Shown: piece by piece, positions 1-3,592 of the stretch
Position numbering within the stretch: the stretch's first letter is position 1
Layout: each line of letters opens with the position of its first letter
IMG/VR virus record: IMGVR_UViG_3300045988_028249
Coordinates: 1 to 5,227 of that record
DNA: 5,227 nt
Reading direction: 5' to 3' (one strand)
Source of the DNA: a virus
Program-made: the position numbers and the translations under genes
Notes under the pieces: generated by a model
The model's input: the letters and a program-made list of their open reading frames with translations, nothing else
What the model was told of the DNA's origin: nothing
Database searches by the model: none

Positions 1-119
1 AGTTTATCGAAGACCGGCCTCCGATTGATCGTGTGGTTGCTGTGCAGTCTGAACCTCATTTCATTCTTGATGCTTGGTTTAAGTTGCGTTGCGTGCGTCC
101 GATGCCGGTGCGCTCTGTG
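1..119. repeat. Terminal redundancy: nt 1-119 are an exact copy of nt 5109-5227, so the window is a circular 5108-bp genome read past its origin
   Basis: Base-by-base comparison of the first 119 nt with the last 119 nt shows identity (agtttatcgaagaccggcct...cgctctgtg). Confidence 0.95.
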
Positions 120-143
120 CCTGGTCTTGTTGATCATTTCTAA
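1..143 (+). CDS. VP1: 3' end (C-terminal ~47 aa) of major capsid protein VP1, continuing from 3593..5227 across the circular junction; stop TAA at 141-143
   Basis: The frame of the 3593 ORF, carried through the duplicated junction, reads ...QFIEDRPPIDRVVAVQSEPHFILDAWFKLRCVRPMPVRSVPGLVDHF* and ends at TAA 141-143. Total ORF is 1659 nt = 552 aa. Confidence 0.85.
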   Translation, partial: FIEDRPPIDRVVAVQSEPHFILDAWFKLRCVRPMPVRSVPGLVDHF

Positions 144-147
144 GGAG
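142..147 (+). promoter_or_regulatory. Shine-Dalgarno AAGGAG for VP2, overlapping the VP1 stop codon
   Basis: taAGGAGatagcttATG; 7-nt spacing to ATG 155. Confidence 0.7.
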
Positions 148-154
148 ATAGCTT

Positions 155-757
155 ATGTCTGGTTGGGCTGCGCTTGCCAAAGTTGGCGGTGATTTAACGA
201 ACTCAGCGTTAGGTCTCTACGCTTCTTCTAAAGCTTGGCGTCGTCAGCGTGAAGCGGCTCAAAACGCTCATCAATGGGAAGTTGCTGATCTCCGGAAAGC
301 CGGTTTAAATCCGATTCTTTCGGCCACTGGTGGTTCCGGTGCTTCTGCCGGTTCTGCTTCGGTTCCTGCTGGTCTCGGTGTTGATCTTGGTGGTGCTATT
401 AGCACTGCTCAGAATGTGGAGAATTCCAAATATGCTAATCAGTTGAAGAAACAACAGGAAACTTTGGCCGACAAGCAAGGTCAGTTAGTTGATGAACAAA
501 GGAGTACCGAAAAGACTAAGCAACGCGCTAATTTGGAGCAAGGTGCTTTGTTTAGTGCTTTGGCTTCTGCCAAAGAGCTTGAGAACTTCATTCCGTCGTA
601 CTATATCGACGGCTTGCGTCGGAATCCCAAGGATCTTCAGCGCGCTCTTGACCAATATAAATCTAAGGTTGTCAAGGATTCTATTGGTGGCTCGCTTGGT
701 TCAATGAATGCTCTCGGCGCTCTTATTCTCAATTCTGCTAAGAGTTTTTTACAATGA
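155..757 (+). CDS. VP2: Minor capsid / DNA pilot protein VP2 (gokushovirus-type), 200 aa
   Basis: ATG ORF with a strong SD, sited directly after VP1 as in gokushoviruses. Gly/Ala/Ser-rich N-terminal half with a ...DLRKAGLNPIL... motif, which I recall as characteristic of gokushovirus VP2. Codon usage (T-ending codons) matches VP1 and VP4. Confidence 0.8.
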   Translation: MSGWAALAKVGGDLTNSALGLYASSKAWRRQREAAQNAHQWEVADLRKAGLNPILSATGGSGASAGSASVPAGLGVDLGGAISTAQNVENSKYANQLKKQQETLADKQGQLVDEQRSTEKTKQRANLEQGALFSALASAKELENFIPSYYIDGLRRNPKDLQRALDQYKSKVVKDSIGGSLGSMNALGALILNSAKSFLQ

Positions 758-822
758 AAATTCCTTCTGAATGGTGGTGTGTTCTTTTCCTTTTGGTCGT
801 TATAGGAGTTATGTGTTTATGA
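754..822 (+). CDS. Micro-ORF, 22 aa, MKIPSEWWCVLFLLVVIGVMCL: a single hydrophobic helix. Its start overlaps the VP2 stop (ATGA)
   Basis: ATG 754-756 overlaps the VP2 TGA 755-757. Weak SD-like AAGAG 9 nt upstream. 15 of 22 residues are hydrophobic. Confidence 0.3.
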   Translation: MKIPSEWWCVLFLLVVIGVMCL

Positions 823-899
823 ATAAATCCGCTTGGGTCGCTCTTCTCTGCAATATTGCGACTGTCATCGTTAATTTCTTTCAGTCCTACACTTTCTAA
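819..899 (+). CDS. Micro-ORF, 26 aa, MNKSAWVALLCNIATVIVNFFQSYTF: a single hydrophobic helix. Its start overlaps the stop of the previous micro-ORF (ATGA)
   Basis: ATG 819-821 overlaps TGA 820-822. AGGAG at 804-808 lies about 10 nt upstream. N-terminal Lys followed by a hydrophobic stretch of about 18 aa. Confidence 0.35.
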   Translation: MNKSAWVALLCNIATVIVNFFQSYTF

Positions 900-900
900 A

Positions 901-916
901 TGTTTCACGTGAAACA
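901..916. promoter_or_regulatory. Perfect 16-bp palindrome TGTTTCACGTGAAACA (CACGTG core), immediately upstream of the SD of the ORF8-like gene
   Basis: Direct read: tgtttcac / gtgaaaca are exact reverse complements. Located between the TAA at 897-899 and GGAGG at 921-925. Confidence 0.4.
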
Positions 917-930
917 AAATAGGAGGCTAT

Positions 931-1050
931 ATGTCTAAAAAGCGTTCTCGTATGTCCCGTCGCCGCTCGAAGAAGTTGTTTTCTAAAACGGCTCTGCGCA
1001 CGAAGAGTGTGAATACCCGCCCGCCCATGCGCGGAGGTTTCCGTCTCTGA
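931..1050 (+). CDS. Small Arg/Lys-rich protein (39 aa, MSKKRSRMSRRRSKKLFSKTALRTKSVNTRPPMRGGFRL), gokushovirus ORF8-like putative DNA-binding/packaging peptide
   Basis: GGAGG SD 5 nt upstream of the ATG. 15 of 39 residues are basic. The size, composition and C-terminal ...MRGG(F/I)RL resemble gokushovirus ORF8 proteins as I recall them. Confidence 0.6.
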   Translation: MSKKRSRMSRRRSKKLFSKTALRTKSVNTRPPMRGGFRL

Positions 1051-1234
1051 CTGCCTACATCCCTTTTATTGCGCGTAGGCGAAGCCTAAAGCCGCGCCCC
1101 TTGTCGCCAATTCGGAGTCCAATTGTGTTCCAAGGCGCGGCGTAACGCAGCATCTCCTACGTGTTTAATGGATGTACCGCGTAGGGCGCTCTAAGAAGAT
1201 GTCTCACCTAGCGCGCCCCTACTTTCAATACCTA

Positions 1235-1260
1235 TTACCCGCATCGCGGGTTTACTTTTT
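1235..1260 (+). terminator. Candidate rho-independent terminator: stem acccgc/gcgggt with loop atc, followed by TTTACTTTTT
   Basis: GC hairpin (1236-1241 / 1245-1250) followed by a T-rich run 1251-1260. It lies 185 nt downstream of the VP1-VP2-ORF8 gene block. Confidence 0.4.
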
Positions 1261-1408
1261 CCGTGGTAAGCCTCTAAAGAGGCAACTCCCCTTTCGAGCC
1301 AAAAGGGCGGCGTGCCGAAGGCCGCCGGTCGTTGGCGTAGAAAGGATGTCGGCGGTAGTGGCGGAGATCTGAGACCTAAGCCGAGACTGTGTAGGAACTG
1401 CGAGCGGT

Positions 1409-1471
1409 GTCGTAGCGTTACGAAGTCGCGTAGCTTGCGAAGCGAACGAGTAGCGCGTAGACATCGCGAAG
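1409..1471 (+). repeat. Three degenerate direct repeats (~17 bp; consensus approx. CGCGTAGC-TT-(A/G)CGAAG), iteron-like, 80-140 nt upstream of the Rep gene
   Basis: gtcgtagcgttacgaag (1409-1425), tcgcgtagcttgcgaag (1426-1442), gcgtagacatcgcgaag (1455-1471). A related CGCGTAG motif also occurs at 1073-1079 and 1179-1184. Confidence 0.4.
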
Positions 1472-1550
1472 CGTTCCGAAACAGGCTCGTGCGACGGTCG
1501 AAGGTCGCCGCCGCGACAAACCGCCGACCCCCACTACGGAGTGAGATCGT

Positions 1551-2558
1551 ATGACTTGCTACCACCCCATTACGATGTACCGCTTGCGAAGCGGTAAAAA
1601 TCCTGTTACCGGTGCGTGGCCTCTCACATCGTCTCCAAAGTTAGGTTATACGGATAAACCTGTGCAGGTTCCCTGTGGTCAGTGCATTGGCTGTCGTCTT
1701 GAGTATGCTCGCCAGTGGACAGACCGTTGTGAAAAAGAGTTGATGCACCCTTATCTGCCGCTGATTCCTGAACTTGAAAAGGTTCAGGCAGGTGCGAAGG
1801 TACAACAACTCGAGTACAGGAAAGAGAGTTGTTTTCTAACGCTGACTTATGACAATGAACATCTTCCGGACGATAAAGGACTTAATAAGTCAGATTTGCA
1901 AAAGTTTTGGAAACGTTTTCGAAAGGCCCATCCCCTGGTACGTATTCGCTATCTTGCTTGCGGTGAGTATGGCGACCAACTGGGTCGCCCTCACTATCAT
2001 GCTATTGTGTTTGGTTATTCTTTTGATGGAGTAGAACCCTGGTGCAAAAATGAACTCGGTCAATATACCTACGTCTGCAAGGAACTCTCGGAACTTTGGC
2101 CGCTTGGCCTTGCCACGGTGACTAATGATGTCTCCCGTGAGTTGATTGGTTATGTCGCCCGCTACGTCGTTAAGAAGGTCAACGGTGATATGTCGATCGC
2201 TCACTATACCGACCCCGAAACTGGCGTGATCCGCCAAAAGGAATTTCTCGTTATGTCCCGTCGTCCAGGTATCGGTGAAAATTGGATTCGTGAAAACGCA
2301 GCCGAAGTTGTGGCTCACGGTAACACCCTTCTGAGCAATGGCCACCTTGCGCCGTTGCCCAGGTACTTTGAGAATAAGGTTCTTCAGATTGCCGACGAAG
2401 CTACTACTAAGGAACTATTGACAAACAAGGAAAGACGTGCTATAGTGGCACGTAAGAAGGTTGAAGATAACACGCCTGATCGTCTTGGCGACCGTGAGGA
2501 AATCAAGCTCCGACGGGCTTCCCTTCTTTCCCGCAGGTTGGATTCTGCTCTTGCGTGA
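1551..2558 (+). CDS. VP4: Replication initiation protein VP4 (rolling-circle HUH endonuclease, phiX174 gpA-like), 335 aa
   Basis: Motifs read directly: CFLTLTYD (RCR motif 1). HYHAIVF (HUH, nt 1992-2000). GYVARYVVKK with two Tyr 4 residues apart (Y201, Y205; nt 2151-2165), matching the phiX174 A YVAKYVNKK active site. N-terminal CGQCIGC Cys cluster. GGAG SD 9 nt upstream. Confidence 0.95.
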   Translation: MTCYHPITMYRLRSGKNPVTGAWPLTSSPKLGYTDKPVQVPCGQCIGCRLEYARQWTDRCEKELMHPYLPLIPELEKVQAGAKVQQLEYRKESCFLTLTYDNEHLPDDKGLNKSDLQKFWKRFRKAHPLVRIRYLACGEYGDQLGRPHYHAIVFGYSFDGVEPWCKNELGQYTYVCKELSELWPLGLATVTNDVSRELIGYVARYVVKKVNGDMSIAHYTDPETGVIRQKEFLVMSRRPGIGENWIRENAAEVVAHGNTLLSNGHLAPLPRYFENKVLQIADEATTKELLTNKERRAIVARKKVEDNTPDRLGDREEIKLRRASLLSRRLDSALA

Positions 2559-2598
2559 ATTCGACGTTACTACTATTATGTTGAATGAGGTTTGAATC

Positions 2599-2877
2599 AT
2601 GATTCTCGTTTCTGTCTATGACAAAAAGGCTCAGACGTTTTCTCAGCCCTTTTGCGCGATCAACGAACAGGTTGCAATTCGTCAGTTTGGCGACGCGGTG
2701 CGCGACACTAATACGGCGATTTGTGCGCATCCTGAAGACTATCAGCTGTTCAACGTTGGTGTTTTTGATGAGTCCCACGGCGTTTGCATTCCTGCTGACC
2801 GTTGCACTGACGGTCTTCACCTTGCTCCCGTTCATCTCATTGATGCCATCTCCTTAGTGCCGCCCGTGCAGGCCTAG
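2599..2877 (+). CDS. VP5: VP5-like small non-structural protein (92 aa) of gokushoviruses
   Basis: Positioned directly after VP4. N-terminal ...VYDKKAQTFSQPFCAINEQVAIRQFGDAVRD...HPEDYQLFNVGVFDESHG resembles the conserved VP5/ORF5 pattern (F-x-V-x-D-x-K-A-x-x-F...PF...N-x-G-x-A-x-R-x-F...PED-x-L...G-x-FD) as I recall it. GAGG SD upstream. Confidence 0.7.
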   Translation: MILVSVYDKKAQTFSQPFCAINEQVAIRQFGDAVRDTNTAICAHPEDYQLFNVGVFDESHGVCIPADRCTDGLHLAPVHLIDAISLVPPVQA

Positions 2878-2915
2878 CCCTCTCGCCGGGCGGTTGGTCT
2901 TCTAGTCTTTTTCAA

Positions 2916-2937
2916 CCCGCCGCCCGGCGGGTTTTTT
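2916..2937 (+). terminator. Rho-independent terminator: cccgcc-gccc-ggcggg followed by TTTTTT
   Basis: Perfect 6-bp GC stem (2916-2921 / 2926-2931), 4-nt loop, T6 at 2932-2937. Lies between VP5 and VP3. Confidence 0.6.
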
Positions 2938-2963
2938 CAACATAATTTTTGGAGTTATGTTCA

Positions 2964-3449
2964 ATGTGTATGTTTCGTACCCGCTACGCGAAGGACGTTA
3001 AAGCGCCTTCCCACGGTATCGAGTTCGTACAGCCCTCTCAGGCTATCCAGTCGGAAAAGGAAGGTACGACGATTGATTACTACCTGCGTAAATACGCTTC
3101 TACTGGCATTCTTGGTGATCCTGAATCCGCGATGAACATGCAGTTTGGTGACTTCACGGATGCCCCTGATTTTGAGACTGCCCAAAACCGTGTCGTTCAG
3201 GCGTCGATGTATTTCGACAATTTGCCCGCGAAACTCCGCGAACGCTTCGGAAACGACGTTCGCGAAATGATGGCATTCCTCTCGAAGGAGGAAAACCATG
3301 AAGAAGCCGTCAAACTCGGTCTGCTTGAGGCTCTGCCTGAAGCTCCTACACCTTTACCCGAAGTCGAGCCCGTACACCCGATTACGGATGTTCAGAACCC
3401 TGCTAAGGAACCGTCTAGCGTTCCCGCCGAACCTAAACAGGAGGTTTAG
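2964..3449 (+). CDS. VP3: Internal scaffolding protein VP3 (161 aa from ATG 2964; the six-frame ORF extends to a TTG at 2949)
   Basis: Conserved core ...AMNMQFGDFTDAPDFETAQNRVVQASMYFDNLPAKLRERFGNDVREMMAFL..., typical of gokushovirus VP3 (QNR...LPA.LR.RFGND). Acidic/Pro-rich C-terminal tail. GGAG at 2951-2954 gives 9-nt spacing to ATG 2964. ATG 2970 is an alternative start. Confidence 0.85.
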   Translation: MCMFRTRYAKDVKAPSHGIEFVQPSQAIQSEKEGTTIDYYLRKYASTGILGDPESAMNMQFGDFTDAPDFETAQNRVVQASMYFDNLPAKLRERFGNDVREMMAFLSKEENHEEAVKLGLLEALPEAPTPLPEVEPVHPITDVQNPAKEPSSVPAEPKQEV

Positions 3450-3451
3450 AG

Positions 3452-3511
3452 ATGTTTCGCAAATCTCGCCGTCGTAACCGCCGCGGTCGCCGCGGCAAAA
3501 CCCGTCGCTAA
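3452..3511 (+). CDS. Tiny Arg-rich peptide (19 aa, MFRKSRRRNRRGRRGKTRR), a positional analogue of phiX174 J (immediately upstream of the major capsid gene)
   Basis: Strong SD AGGAGG (3439-3444) 7 nt upstream. Begins 2 nt after the VP3 stop. 12 of 19 residues are Arg/Lys. Located directly before VP1. Confidence 0.5.
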   Translation: MFRKSRRRNRRGRRGKTRR

Positions 3512-3530
3512 GACGGTTTTCCACCCCGTC

Positions 3531-3561
3531 CGCACAGTCTATTACTTGTTGTAACTGTGCG
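3531..3561 (+). promoter_or_regulatory. Intergenic hairpin (8-bp stem cgcacagt / actgtgcg, 15-nt loop) between the 19-aa ORF and VP1
   Basis: Exact inverted repeat 3531-3538 / 3554-3561, read directly. Confidence 0.3.
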
Positions 3562-3592
3562 CACTGACACCAAAACTTTTGGATGCAAAAAA

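Larger units (their letters stand above)
1051..1550. other. GC-rich (~60% vs ~45% elsewhere), highly structured, apparently non-coding region between the ORF8-like gene and VP4
   Basis: 60-nt blocks hand-counted at 60-62% GC. ORFs are open in several frames on both strands, as expected for GC-rich non-coding DNA. Codon usage of those ORFs (AGA/AGG/CGA/CGG) is unlike the phage genes. Multiple inverted repeats: 1053-1058/1075-1080, 1091-1098/1133-1140, 1181-1189/1213-1222, 1272-1276/1281-1285, 1307-1312/1322-1327, 1504-1508/1513-1517. Confidence 0.5.

Noticed and set aside
1051-1550. tRNA or other known small RNA gene in the GC-rich block
   Set aside because: I could find no tRNA-like T-arm (GTTCRANYC) or cloverleaf arrangement by eye. 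Nothing there is recognisable as a known RNA family without a covariance-model search.
1172-1565. ORFs 1172-1372 (+), 1191-1565 (-), 1252-1464 (-) in the GC-rich region
   Set aside because: Openness in several frames on both strands is what GC-rich non-coding DNA produces, since stops are AT-rich. The translations are Arg/Pro/Ala-rich, low-complexity and use atypical codons.
2949-2963. TTG start for VP3 as given by the ORF track
   Set aside because: ATG 2964 has the GGAG SD at correct spacing. The TTG extension adds MELCS with no SD and is probably just open frame upstream.
2932-2963. Possible sigma70-like promoter (cATAAT at 2941-2946) for VP3
   Set aside because: No acceptable -35 element sits at 16-19 bp spacing; TTCAAC directly abuts the -10. 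It is not supportable from sequence alone.
1890-3299. Minus-strand ORFs 1890-2345, 2415-2600, 2503-2835, 2961-3299
   Set aside because: All are antisense to well-supported VP4, VP5 and VP3 genes. None has an SD or a conserved motif.
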